A DNA stretch of 64,000 nt. It comes from Vulcanimicrobiales bacterium (GTDB lineage Bacteria > Vulcanimicrobiota > Vulcanimicrobiia > Vulcanimicrobiales > Vulcanimicrobiaceae). Where the stretch lies: the NCBI GenBank assembly GCA_038231455.1, contig JBBRLI010000001.1, positions 64,001 through 128,000 of the forward strand, written 5' to 3'. How positions within the stretch are numbered: the first letter of the stretch is position 1; each line of letters opens with the position of its first letter. A program made the translations under genes and the position numbers. Under the pieces are notes generated by a model. It was not told where the DNA came from. It did not search any database and saw only the letters and a list, made by a program, of their open reading frames with translations. Positions 9,944 through 19,500 of the stretch are shown piece by piece.

Positions 9944-10722
9944 TGCTCCTTACGTTTGCGGTCGCCGTCCTCGGCGTGATCTCGTGCTTTTTCGGTTCGC
10001 TCGTCGGTTTCGGCGGGGGCTTCATCACCGTCCCTGTCCTGCGATTGGTCGGCCAACTACCGCCGCAGACGGTCGCAGCTACTTCGCTGTTCATGGTCGG
10101 CGTAAACGTCGCCGTCGCATCGATCGCGCTGCGCAAACAGAAACGCATCAACTTACGCATGGGCTGGGCGCTAGGCGTCGGCGGCGTGCTCGGCAGTTTC
10201 TTCGGCGTCTACATGCTGCGGTTCATCAACGCGAGCGCATTCGATCTGCTGTACGGACTTATGCTGCTGCTTATCGCTTACATGATGCTCAAACCGACGA
10301 AGTCGACGAATCTGCCGGAGACCGAACTCGAGAGCGAACGCTCGAAGCTGGCCGGAAAAATCGAATTAGGGATTGCTGGTACGCTCGTTGGCTTCGTATC
10401 GACGATCTTCGGAATCGGCGCCGGTACGATCGCGATTCCGCTGCTCATGTGGCGCTACAAGCTGCCCGCCTATATCGCCATGCCGACTTCATCGTTCATC
10501 GCACTCGTTTACATCTGGCCGGGCATCGTCGCCCAAATCGGTGCCCATCGCGTCGATTGGGCGCTCGCGATCCCGCTCTCGATCGGCGCCGTGATCGGTG
10601 CCCAACTCGGTGCGGTCTATTCGGCACGGCTGAAATCAATTCAACTCCAGCGCGTCTTCGGCGCGATCGCGATCTGCGCATTCGTCGGCCTCACGATCCG
10701 CCACATCCCCGCGTTCCACTAG
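9943..10722 (+). CDS. Sulfite exporter TauE/SafE family membrane protein
   Basis: Twice-repeated GxGGG-like motif (GFGGGFITVP, GIGAGTIAIP), AATSL, multiple TM helices; ATG overlaps the upstream TGA. Confidence 0.88.
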   Translation: MLLTFAVAVLGVISCFFGSLVGFGGGFITVPVLRLVGQLPPQTVAATSLFMVGVNVAVASIALRKQKRINLRMGWALGVGGVLGSFFGVYMLRFINASAFDLLYGLMLLLIAYMMLKPTKSTNLPETELESERSKLAGKIELGIAGTLVGFVSTIFGIGAGTIAIPLLMWRYKLPAYIAMPTSSFIALVYIWPGIVAQIGAHRVDWALAIPLSIGAVIGAQLGAVYSARLKSIQLQRVFGAIAICAFVGLTIRHIPAFH

Positions 10723-10837
10723 GAGTGACGGCCTCCGTTTTGCCTCCGTAATCACCGTCGACCACGCGTTCATTTACGCGTTAGTGAGCACGAAAACCGC
10801 TCTTGCGTCCGGCACCGTGCTGGACATCGGCGGATGA
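10722..10837 (+). pseudogene. Possible relic of a serpin 3' end
   Basis: With one frameshift reads GVTASVLPP / ITVDHAFIYALVSTKTALASGTVLDIGG*, resembling the serpin C-terminal motif xDHPFxxxIxxxxT..GxVxD. Confidence 0.35.
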
Positions 10838-10840
10838 GCG

Positions 10841-11842
10841 CTATGCGGCTCGAGAACTGACGGAGAATGCTTCCGCCAGAAGTTCGTACGATCTTAAACG
10901 GGTACCGTAATCCGGAGCGATCGTTACGATAAGCGCTTCATCAGCGCCGTGCTCGTCGATTTTTTCTTCGATCTTCTCACGCACTTCATGCGGCGTGCCG
11001 GCGATGATCCTGCGGGTAGCGGCGACTTCGCTTCTCTCGAGCGGCGACCAAGGATAAGCTGCCGTTTCCACAAGCGAGGGCACGGGACTCGATAATCCGC
11101 GGAACAAGCGGAGTCGCCAAAGCGAGACGGGCCAGGTCAGTTCTTCGGCTTCTTCTGCGGTCGGCGCCGTGATCGCCGCGAGTGCGACGATCGCCCGCGG
11201 TTGCGCATATCGTCGCGAAGGCTTGAATCGTTCGCGATACATGCGCACGATCGCGGGCGCATCGCCGCCAATAAAGTGCGCGTACGTATACGGTAGCCCC
11301 ATCTCGGCAGCGAGCAGCGCGCCGTATCCCGACGATCCCAGCATCCAAATATCGGGCGACGTGCCGCCGGTCGGCATTGCTTTGAGCGGCGCGAACGGGC
11401 TGCAATCGGGCGTCGTCCCGTCAAGGAAATCGATCGTGTCGGCGAGCTGTTGCGGGAAGCGATTCACATCGCCCGTCTCGAGCGCAGCGGAGACGAGGTG
11501 CGTCCCGCCCGGCGCACGCCCGATGCCGAGGTCGATACGACCGGGAGCGAGCGCTTCGAGCATACGGAACGTCTCGGCGACTTTGAGGGCGCTGTAGTGC
11601 GGCAGCATCACACCGCCCGTTCCAAGGCGAATGCGCGAAGTCTCTGCCGTCAGACGCGCGAGCAAAATCTCCGGCGCGGCATCGGCAAGCCCGCCCATCG
11701 CGTGGTGTTCGGCGAGCCAGTATCGATGGTAGCCAAGCTGCTCGGCACGCTTCGCAAGGGCAATCGAAGCAGCGATCGCTTGTGCGGGAGTCGAGCCGGA
11801 GACGATCGGGGACTGATCGAGGATACCAATCGGAATTGCCAT
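10841..11842 (-). CDS. LLM-class flavin-dependent oxidoreductase (luciferase-like, YhbW type)
   Basis: RYWLAEHH, IRLGTGGVMLPHYSALKVAE, GRIDLGIGRAPG, WMLGSS. Confidence 0.93.
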   Translation of the reverse strand: MAIPIGILDQSPIVSGSTPAQAIAASIALAKRAEQLGYHRYWLAEHHAMGGLADAAPEILLARLTAETSRIRLGTGGVMLPHYSALKVAETFRMLEALAPGRIDLGIGRAPGGTHLVSAALETGDVNRFPQQLADTIDFLDGTTPDCSPFAPLKAMPTGGTSPDIWMLGSSGYGALLAAEMGLPYTYAHFIGGDAPAIVRMYRERFKPSRRYAQPRAIVALAAITAPTAEEAEELTWPVSLWRLRLFRGLSSPVPSLVETAAYPWSPLERSEVAATRRIIAGTPHEVREKIEEKIDEHGADEALIVTIAPDYGTRLRSYELLAEAFSVSSRAA

Positions 11843-11887
11843 GACGCGCGCTACAACACCGAATGAACCGCGTGCGTTGCCGGAGGT

Positions 11888-13111
11888 TTAGACGATGCGG
11901 GCGACGCCGTCGGCCGTCGGCTGGGGAAGCGACATGTCCGCCCCGACTGGGAGCGCACGCTGCGAGGCAAGATACGTTTTGGCTTTGTCGACTTCGGTTG
12001 TGAGCGATTGAACGGTCTGCTGCATCGAGTCGATCGCTTTGAGTTTGAAATTCGCCATATCGTCCATCGCGGAGGTAACATTCGCGAACGCGGCTTTGAG
12101 TTGCTCGACATCGACGGTGGCGCTCGAAGCTTGAGCGTAGACGCGGCCGGCGTTTTCTTTGAGCATCTTCGCATTGCCGGCGATGAGGTTTCCCGTTGTC
12201 GTATTGAGCGCATCGATTTGATCGAGCACGAGTTTCTGGCTTGCGATTGCTTGCGCGACAACCACGGCCGTGCGCAGCGCCGAGACGGTAGTCGTGGTTG
12301 CGCGGTCGATGCCTTTTTGTAATTCGGTGTTGTTCTTTTTCACCAAATCGAGGGCCATGTAGCCTTGGATGTTCACGGCCATCTGCGTTGCAATGTCTTG
12401 CTGCTTCTGGCGCGCGTAAAAGAGTACGTCTTCTTTAAGGATGCGGGCGCGTTCGGGATCGCTCGCTTCAATCGAGCCGATCTTGCCCTGTACGGAATCG
12501 GCGATCTTTCCGGCCAGAAACGCATACTGTTCGAGCTGGCCCATGAGCTTCCACATGTTTTGCTTTTCAAGCTCGATCGCGGCGTTATCGCGCAGCAACG
12601 TATCTTTCGAGCGATAGAGCGCCTCGATGATCGCGTTGAGCTGGCCTTGCGATGACTCGTAGCTGCGAAAATAATCTTGCAGCTTGTTGCCGAACGGCAA
12701 GATGCCGAGCAATTTTTTTGCGCCGAAGAGATCGCCTTGGCGCGACGGGTCGAGTTTCTCGACGGTTCGGCGCAAATCGAGCATTTGCTTGGAGACGTCG
12801 GACTCACCGCCAAACGCGCCCGATTGCATCGCGCGCACCGGTCGCTGCAAGAGCGTGTTTGAGACGTTCGCCGAGGCGACGATTTCTTTGGAACCCATCG
12901 CGCTCAGCGCTGCGACGGCTTTCGTGAAGTCTGCTCCGTCGATCGGCAGCGACACGAGCGTATGCGCCACTTCGTTAACTTGCGTTTCGAGTGCCGCCTG
13001 CTGCGCGGATGTGATCGGCACTTTGCCGGCCGTCGCCGCCGGCGAGATCGCTTTGACGGGCTCGGGGGCAGTTAAGGGTTCGGGCGGTGCTAGTTGAAAG
13101 TCGTCGTTCAC
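11888..13111 (-). CDS. telA: Toxic anion resistance protein, TelA family
   Basis: Coiled-coil protein of about 400 aa with KKLLGILPFGNKLQDYF..Y, LLRDNAAIE, GIDRATTTTVSAL. Confidence 0.85.
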   Translation of the reverse strand: MNDDFQLAPPEPLTAPEPVKAISPAATAGKVPITSAQQAALETQVNEVAHTLVSLPIDGADFTKAVAALSAMGSKEIVASANVSNTLLQRPVRAMQSGAFGGESDVSKQMLDLRRTVEKLDPSRQGDLFGAKKLLGILPFGNKLQDYFRSYESSQGQLNAIIEALYRSKDTLLRDNAAIELEKQNMWKLMGQLEQYAFLAGKIADSVQGKIGSIEASDPERARILKEDVLFYARQKQQDIATQMAVNIQGYMALDLVKKNNTELQKGIDRATTTTVSALRTAVVVAQAIASQKLVLDQIDALNTTTGNLIAGNAKMLKENAGRVYAQASSATVDVEQLKAAFANVTSAMDDMANFKLKAIDSMQQTVQSLTTEVDKAKTYLASQRALPVGADMSLPQPTADGVARIV

Positions 13112-13129
13112 GCCGGGTTCTCCAAGATA

Positions 13130-13309
13130 TTAGCGATCGTTGAGGTTGAGATCTTTGGGTCCACCGCACAGATACCGCTCGTATGTGACCGGCTGACCCT
13201 GCTCGCTCGGCGGCTCGCCTCCGCCAAAAATTCCCGCGATCATCTCGCCAAAGCCGCCTTCGGCTGAATCACCGAAGAGCCCGCCGAGGAGTTCGCCGAA
13301 ACCGTCCAC
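13130..13309 (-). CDS. Small Gly/acidic hypothetical protein
   Basis: GTG lies 1 nt after the upstream stop and the ORF fills the operon gap; internal repeat GFGELLGGLFG / GFGEMIAGIFG. Confidence 0.5.
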   Translation of the reverse strand: MDGFGELLGGLFGDSAEGGFGEMIAGIFGGGEPPSEQGQPVTYERYLCGGPKDLNLNDR

Positions 13310-13310
13310 C

Positions 13311-14159
13311 TTAGTCGTTGAGTCCAATTTGGAATTGCGGTTTGACGCCTTTGGATTCGTGGCGCTTCACGATCGACGTCCCGATCGCCATGAACTCGAT
13401 GATATGCGGTTGCCAGATATGATTTTTCTCGACAATTTGCATACCGACGACACCCTCGGCTCCGTGTGACTCGGCCTCGGCCTGCATGCGCGACATCGCA
13501 AGTTCGCGGGCATCGTAAATCGCCTCGGTATAATTTGGAAGTTCGATGTTGTTGCCGAGCGTGCGCATCGATTGCATGAAGCCTTGGTGCGCGATGTGGT
13601 AGACGCACGTGCCCATGACAAGTTCGGCTGGAATGTAGCCGGCTTCGTGGAGCTTGTAGAAATCTTGAACCGAGAGATCGCTTGTGAACGGTTTTCCGTT
13701 AACGGTCTTGTAGTCGCTACCCGCGGGCGCACTCACGGCCGTGCCAATCGCCGTAAATTCCAGTGCGTTCTCGGCCCACACATAGCCACCGACTTCGAGC
13801 CGCACGCCGACGATGCCGTCGGCACCGAGCGTCGCTGCCTCTTCTTCCATACGCGCCATGGCAAGTTCGCGGGCTTGGTACATCGCCTGCGTGAGCACGC
13901 CGAGTTCTTCGTTGTTGAAGTAATTCGCGTATTGCAGACCGACGTGATAGATCGAACTTCCGAGGACGAGGCCGAGCGGCTCCATCTCCAGTTCCTTGAG
14001 CAACACGAATTCCGAGACCGAGAGATCGCTTGTGAAAAGTGGCTTACCACCCTCACCGCGCATGCGCCGCAGACGCGAGATGGCATCGACCGGCACACCG
14101 CCGGGCGTGACGCGGACGTTCGACTGTTGGTTACCGCGATTACCGCCAAAAAAACTCAC
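13311..14159 (-). CDS. Tandem YbjQ/UPF0145 (putative heavy-metal-binding) domain protein
   Basis: Two copies of FTSDLSV..LVxG..YH..ARELAMxRMxxEA..GAxGxVG..EFxAIGT. Confidence 0.85.
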   Translation of the reverse strand: MSFFGGNRGNQQSNVRVTPGGVPVDAISRLRRMRGEGGKPLFTSDLSVSEFVLLKELEMEPLGLVLGSSIYHVGLQYANYFNNEELGVLTQAMYQARELAMARMEEEAATLGADGIVGVRLEVGGYVWAENALEFTAIGTAVSAPAGSDYKTVNGKPFTSDLSVQDFYKLHEAGYIPAELVMGTCVYHIAHQGFMQSMRTLGNNIELPNYTEAIYDARELAMSRMQAEAESHGAEGVVGMQIVEKNHIWQPHIIEFMAIGTSIVKRHESKGVKPQFQIGLND

Positions 14160-14164
14160 CGGGA

Positions 14165-14929
14165 TTACCTCGCAAGAAACGACGTGAGGAGTTCGCGTGT
14201 GGAGCGGTCACGCTCGACGTACGCACCGACATCGTCAAAGAGGCCGTGCAGCCACTCGCCGATCTCGCAGGGTTCCGTGCGCAGCGCGATGCCGCGTACG
14301 ACTTTGGTGACCGACGCCGCGACACCCGAACGTTCCACCGCGAGCGCGTAGCGCAGTGCGTGGTCGCCGCGCGGAACATCCAGCACGAGTGACTTTGGGG
14401 GTCCCCCGAAGAGTCCGCGCTTCACGGTCGTGAGATTCGGAAAGATCGCAGAAAACTTGTCGGCGGCAACCGTGATGAGTTGCTGAGGATTCGATGCAGC
14501 TGCCGAATCGAGTTGCGCGAAAAAGCGCGTCACGAGCGTGCGCGACGGGCCTTCGGCGGGTGCGGCGTGCGGTGCATCCGGCAGCGATTCTTCGGATCCG
14601 AATCGTTCGGTCAGAAACGCACCGTTTGCCGCAAGGTTTGTGCGACTCGCCTCGGCGAGCGCCGCGAGACGCTGACCCGTCGCTTTCTCGAGAAGTGAGA
14701 GTTGTCCGACGAGCATCTCGGCGGCGGCGGCGTCCCGCTGACTCTGCGGAATATCCAAGTATGCGGCGAGCGTGTCCGGCAAATAGCGGCGTTCGGTCTC
14801 TTTGAGCGCATAGGTCGCATCGTCCAGACCGCTCACGCCCGCGGTCAAGCGACGGCCCTCATCGAGGAGGGCCTCGATGCGGGTGAGGACCGCAAGGGCG
14901 CCTTCGGGAAGATCAGACATTGGCACCAC
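14165..14929 (-). CDS. Hypothetical protein, TelA-associated (XpaC-like N-terminal region)
   Basis: RYLPDTLAAYLDIP motif typical of TelA partner proteins; co-oriented upstream of telA. Confidence 0.6.
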   Translation of the reverse strand: MVPMSDLPEGALAVLTRIEALLDEGRRLTAGVSGLDDATYALKETERRYLPDTLAAYLDIPQSQRDAAAAEMLVGQLSLLEKATGQRLAALAEASRTNLAANGAFLTERFGSEESLPDAPHAAPAEGPSRTLVTRFFAQLDSAAASNPQQLITVAADKFSAIFPNLTTVKRGLFGGPPKSLVLDVPRGDHALRYALAVERSGVAASVTKVVRGIALRTEPCEIGEWLHGLFDDVGAYVERDRSTRELLTSFLAR

Positions 14930-14956
14930 GTCTTACGGCCGCTCGCGCCCGAAGTT

Positions 14957-15922
14957 TCACGCCGGGTCGAGCGCCGTCATCGACGCTGCCGCATAGCGGT
15001 CGCCGACGGCCGAACCCATGGGGAACGCCGCCTCGAGTTGGCCCACGTCATCCGGGCTCAGAACGAGATCGAGCGAGGCAAGGTTTTCATCCAAACGCGT
15101 GCGGCGTTTGGTACCGGGGATCGGCACGATATCGCTTCCGCGCGAAAGCACCCACGCGAGGGCTACTTGGGCTTTGGTCGCGCCTTTTGCTTGCGCGATC
15201 CGTTCTAGTGCGGACACCAGTTCCGCGTTCTTCGCGAAGTTCTCGCCCGAGAAGCGCGGTTGGTTGCGGCGCACGTCATCCGCTGCAAGATCGCCGGGTG
15301 AGGTGAACGCGCCGGTCAGGAAACCGCGGCCGAGCGGACTGTAGGCAACAAACGTGATCCCAAGCTCCCGGGTCGTTGCAAGGACACCGTTTTCGGGATC
15401 GCGCGTCCACAGCGAATACTCCGTTTGCAGCGCGGAGATCGGGTGGACGGCGTGCGCCTTACGCATCGTTGCGGGCGATGCTTCGGAGAGGCCGAGATAT
15501 TTGACCTTGCCGGCCTTCACCAACGTCGCCATTGCGCCGACCGTTTCTTCAATCGGCAACACTTTATTGACGCGGTGCATGTAGTACAGATCGATCGTCT
15601 CGATGCCCAGCTTTTTCAGACTTGCATCGCACGCACGTGTGATATAGCTTGCGTCTTGCTTTTCATCGGGCGGCGGGTTACTGAATTTCGTCGCGAGCAC
15701 GACCGCATCGCGCCGGCCCGAAATCGCGCGGCCGACGAGTTCTTCATTGCCGGCGTACGCTTGCGCGGTGTCGAGGAAATTGACCCCACGGTCGAGCGCG
15801 TGATGGATCGTCGCGATCGATTCGGCATCATCGTACCCGGCGTAAAACGCCGACATGCCCATGCACCCAAGGCCAAGCGCCGAGAGTGCAACGCCGGTTG
15901 TTCCAAGTTTCCGATGCTCCAC
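14957..15922 (-). CDS. Aldo/keto reductase
   Basis: [44 protein letters not shown]. Start taken at GTG 15922. Confidence 0.95.
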   Translation of the reverse strand: MEHRKLGTTGVALSALGLGCMGMSAFYAGYDDAESIATIHHALDRGVNFLDTAQAYAGNEELVGRAISGRRDAVVLATKFSNPPPDEKQDASYITRACDASLKKLGIETIDLYYMHRVNKVLPIEETVGAMATLVKAGKVKYLGLSEASPATMRKAHAVHPISALQTEYSLWTRDPENGVLATTRELGITFVAYSPLGRGFLTGAFTSPGDLAADDVRRNQPRFSGENFAKNAELVSALERIAQAKGATKAQVALAWVLSRGSDIVPIPGTKRRTRLDENLASLDLVLSPDDVGQLEAAFPMGSAVGDRYAAASMTALDPA

Positions 15923-15924
15923 GC

Positions 15925-16971
15925 TTAACTCCGGCTGAGGACGGTGAGCGTGAACGAACCGGGGACCATCGTGCGCGTGGGACGGGTTTGCCCTTCGGCC
16001 GGCGGACCGGTCTTGATCGTCGCCGAGACGACGTAGACATCGTGGTTCGTCGGATTGAGCGCAAGCGTCCGCGCCGTCGGAACCGTTGTGGCCGTTTGCG
16101 CAACCGCAAACGACGTCGGCGAAATCTCGCGCACGACGGTGAGGGTTCCCTCGCCATTCGAGCTCATTGCGAGTTGGGTGCCCGGATCGAACGCCGTTGC
16201 GTCGACGCCTTTGCCGATCGCCGGCGTTGCAAGCACTTTGCCGGTGTCGGTATCGACGATCGCCATCATTTGATTCGAGCAACCCGCGAAAAGCCGGTGG
16301 TGCTTCGTGTCGGCGGCAAGGCCGGTCGGCTCTTCGCACGGCGCGATCGGCCAGGTTTTTGCGACGGTATTCGACTTTGCGTCGATCGCGACGATCTGCG
16401 CCTTATCCTCGAGATTCACGTACATCATGCCGTTGTCGCCGGCCGCAGCGAACTCCGGTACGCCGCCGATCTCGATCGTCGCGAGCACGGCGTTTGATTT
16501 TGCATCGATCGCAATCGCCGAGGTCGCGCCGTGATTGAATGAATACACGCGTTTGGTCACGGGCTCGTACACGATCGCATCGGGATTTTTTCCGGTCGTC
16601 GCAATCGTGGCCGTGGTTTTGAGCGTCGCAAGATCGAAAACGGTCAGGCTGCCGTCACGGCCGTTGCTCGTAAAGCCTTTGCCGAGCTCCGGTGCAAGCG
16701 CGATTCCGTGCACACCCGGTGTCTGCGGAATATCGCCGACGATCGCGCCCGTTGCGGGATCGACAACCATGACATGCGTCGAGCGCGAGATGAACAGATG
16801 CTTGGTGCTCGGGTCGTAGATCAAATAATCCCAACCGCCATCGCCGCCGAGTGCGAACGATTTAGCGACCGTATAGTCACCGGTTGCGGCCGCGACGGGC
16901 GCCGCGGCGAACGAGGGGAGCACCAGGGCCAAGGCTAGGGCGGCCGTCAGGCGCGCGAAGGATGTCTGCAT
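15925..16971 (-). CDS. Secreted YncE/YVTN beta-propeller protein
   Basis: Signal peptide; [46 protein letters not shown]. Confidence 0.88.
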   Translation of the reverse strand: MQTSFARLTAALALALVLPSFAAAPVAAATGDYTVAKSFALGGDGGWDYLIYDPSTKHLFISRSTHVMVVDPATGAIVGDIPQTPGVHGIALAPELGKGFTSNGRDGSLTVFDLATLKTTATIATTGKNPDAIVYEPVTKRVYSFNHGATSAIAIDAKSNAVLATIEIGGVPEFAAAGDNGMMYVNLEDKAQIVAIDAKSNTVAKTWPIAPCEEPTGLAADTKHHRLFAGCSNQMMAIVDTDTGKVLATPAIGKGVDATAFDPGTQLAMSSNGEGTLTVVREISPTSFAVAQTATTVPTARTLALNPTNHDVYVVSATIKTGPPAEGQTRPTRTMVPGSFTLTVLSRS

Positions 16972-17014
16972 GGGCGGCTAGGTACGCCGCCGGAGACCGT
17001 TTTCCCTAAGCGTT

Positions 17015-17425
17015 CTAGCCGAAATAGTCTTCCATGAATTTGCCGTAGGGCGTCCCCTCGATGGGAAATCCCGCTTCCGTCACTTTTTTCTTTGCGCCAT
17101 TCAGACCCGTGCCGTCTTTCTCCGAGGTGACGATACCGGCTGCGACCGCAGCCCGCGTCGCACCCGCTCAATGAATGAGGACGGGGCCTGTTGCACGATC
17201 GACCGCTTCACGAATTTTCTCGATGTCGGCCCGGGTCACCACGTCAATCGTCCACGGCACCGACGCATAGGTGACGTCGGTTCCGGCGAGCGCATCTTTG
17301 GTGGAGTTGCCCTCTTCCGCGTCGCCGCGAATGTTCACAACAGTCGAGAACCGACCAGAGGTGAGTTCGTCCTTCGAGGGCTGGCCGCCGACCGTGATCC
17401 CGCCGACCGTAGCTTCGTTCTTCAT
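17015..17425 (-). CDS. Putative selenoprotein: DUF442/Blh-like phosphatase-fold sulfurtransferase with Sec (TGA at 17168-17170) at the catalytic Cys position, 136 aa
   Basis: N-terminal GGQP..VVNIR..EE motif. Read-through gives GPVLIH-U-AGATRA, matching the family PVLxHCxxxxR loop; frame then stays open to TAG at 17015-17017. SECIS-like hairpin follows the TGA. Confidence 0.8.
17126..17164 (-). promoter_or_regulatory. Bacterial SECIS-like element
   Basis: Apical hairpin GGCUGC-GGUC-GCAGCC (17153-17138) with its loop at +21 to +24 after UGA; lower stem GGUG/CACC plus CGA/UCG. Confidence 0.72.
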
Positions 17426-17474
17426 GGCTCGCGGGTTCGCGGGGACCGTGCGCCGCGCCCCCGTAGTACCGAGC

Positions 17475-18533
17475 ATGCCCGAACGTCACTTTGCCAGCGA
17501 TAACAACGCCGGCGTCCATCCTGCGCTCCTCGCTGCGATTGCCGAGGCGAATCACGGCCACGTCGCCGGATACGGCAGCGATCCGTATACCGAAGCGGCC
17601 GAAGCGACGCTGCGCGGCATGCTCGGCAATGATGCACGCGTGATGTTTGCCTTCAATGGCACCGGTGCGAACGTCGTCGCGCTAGCCGCGGCGCTGCGCC
17701 CGCATCAAGCGGTGATCACGCCGGTAAAATCACATCTCAACGTGGATGAGTGCGGCGCATACGAACGCTTTGCCGGCAGCAATCTCATCGTGGTCGAGGT
17801 GGAGAACGGGAAACTCACGCCGGCGGGCATCGCAGCGCACATGCACGGTATCGGCGATCCGCATCACGTGCAACCCGCGGCAATCTCCATATCGCAATCG
17901 ACAGAAGTCGGGACCGTCTACTCGGTGCAAGAACTCGCCGCGCTCGGTGAGGCCTGCCGCAAGCACGGCCTCTTCTTTCACCTGGACGGCGCGCGTCTTG
18001 CAAATGCCGCTGCCTCCCTCGGCGTCGACCTGCGGACCATGCTCGTCGACACCGGTGTAACGGCGTTCACGTTTGGCGCGACAAAAAACGGTGCGATGTT
18101 TGGCGAAGCGATCGTCTTCTTACACGACCATCCCGCGCTCGAAGTCGCGCCGTATACGCGCAAATCCGGCATGCAGCTCGCATCGAAGATGCGCTTCGTC
18201 GCCGCGCAGTTCAACGCGCTCCTGCACGACGATCTCTGGCTAAAAAATGCTGCGCATGCGAATCGCATGGCACAGCGTTTCGCCGAACACGTGCAGCACA
18301 TCGAGGGTGTGCGGCTGGCCTACCCGGTCGAAGCGAACGGTATCTTTGCGCACGTCCCCTCCGAGTCGATCCCCGAACTTCAGCGCGAACGCAACTTCTA
18401 CGTTTGGGATCACGACGCGTCGGTCGTACGCTGGATGACGGCCTTTGACACGACTGAAGAGGACGTCGATGATTTCGTAAGCGCCATCGCTCGCGTGCTC
18501 GGCCGACCGACGCCGACGCTGATCGAGCACTAA
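17475..18533 (+). CDS. ltaE: Low-specificity L-threonine aldolase (PLP)
   Basis: FASDN, YGSD, FNGTGAN, SHLNVDECGA, HLDGARLANA, GATKNG, QLASKMRF. Confidence 0.9.
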   Translation: MPERHFASDNNAGVHPALLAAIAEANHGHVAGYGSDPYTEAAEATLRGMLGNDARVMFAFNGTGANVVALAAALRPHQAVITPVKSHLNVDECGAYERFAGSNLIVVEVENGKLTPAGIAAHMHGIGDPHHVQPAAISISQSTEVGTVYSVQELAALGEACRKHGLFFHLDGARLANAAASLGVDLRTMLVDTGVTAFTFGATKNGAMFGEAIVFLHDHPALEVAPYTRKSGMQLASKMRFVAAQFNALLHDDLWLKNAAHANRMAQRFAEHVQHIEGVRLAYPVEANGIFAHVPSESIPELQRERNFYVWDHDASVVRWMTAFDTTEEDVDDFVSAIARVLGRPTPTLIEH

Positions 18534-18549
18534 TTAACCAGTCGGAAAG

Positions 18550-19500
18550 ATGGTCGATTCGGCCAAGGCCCGCCCGGCGGTTGGTGAGAACGCCCAAGGC
18601 ATGACCTCCGGCGTACTTTCCGCTATTCTTGCCGGCCTGATGCGCCGGTACCGCGAGCGCGTCCCCGATGTTAACGCCATCGTCGCAGCGATGATCGAGG
18701 CGGGCATCGTGCCGAGCGCCGATGCAATCGAGAACGATCACATTGCCTTCCGCACGCTGGGCGTACCGAATCTCGGCATCGCTTCATTGGAACGCATTTT
18801 TCTTGCGTGCGGCTACGAACGCCGCGATGCATTTTCGTTCGCAGAAAAAAAGCTCGACGCGTTTTGGTACCATCCGCCTGCCGAGCACTTTCCACGAATC
18901 TTTATCTCCGAGTTGCGCGTCGACAAGCTCTCGGATGAAGCACGGCGGATCGTTTGGTCGTACACGAACGCGGTAACGCGCGACCCGGTCGATCGAGTCG
19001 AACTCGCGGATCCGGATGCCGTCGATGCACTCTTGCACCAGCCACTCTGGACGTTGCCGACCTTCGCCGATTACGCTCGCCTGCGCGATGAGAGCGAGTA
19101 TGCGGCGTGGACCATCTACAACCGGTATTACCTCAATCATTTTACGATCTCGGTCCACAATTTGCCCGCGCCTTGGAACGCGCTCGCCACATTCGATCGG
19201 TTTTTATTCGAGCGCGGATTTACGCTCAACGATGCCGGAGGCGTCATCAAAGAGAGTCCCGACGGTCTCCTCCTGCAGAGTTCGACCGTCGCGCAGCTCG
19301 TCGATGCGCCGTTTGCCGACGGTAACGTGCGCGCTATCCCGGGTTCGTACGTCGAATTTGCGGAGCGCCGCGTGTTGCCGGCATTCGTCTCCCTAGCGGC
19401 AAGCGACGTTCGTCGCGAACATCGGCGCGACGGTTTTGAAGTCGGCAACGCCGATCGCATTTTCGAGAGCACGGACGCAGCACAGGTCGGCCACCGGTGA
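18550..19500 (+). CDS. DUF1338 protein (2-oxoadipate dioxygenase/decarboxylase, HglS-like)
   Basis: NDHIAFRT, FAEKKL, PRIFISEL, ESEYAAW, NHFT, GLLLQSST, SYVEFAER, DGFEVGNADRIFEST. Start could be ATG 18601. Confidence 0.85.
   Translation: MVDSAKARPAVGENAQGMTSGVLSAILAGLMRRYRERVPDVNAIVAAMIEAGIVPSADAIENDHIAFRTLGVPNLGIASLERIFLACGYERRDAFSFAEKKLDAFWYHPPAEHFPRIFISELRVDKLSDEARRIVWSYTNAVTRDPVDRVELADPDAVDALLHQPLWTLPTFADYARLRDESEYAAWTIYNRYYLNHFTISVHNLPAPWNALATFDRFLFERGFTLNDAGGVIKESPDGLLLQSSTVAQLVDAPFADGNVRAIPGSYVEFAERRVLPAFVSLAASDVRREHRRDGFEVGNADRIFESTDAAQVGHR

Noticed and set aside
16947-17171. Track ORF MSGCDAGCGR... (74 aa, minus strand)
   Set aside because: Different frame from the DUF442 gene; the in-frame read-through after TGA 17168-17170 explains the region better.
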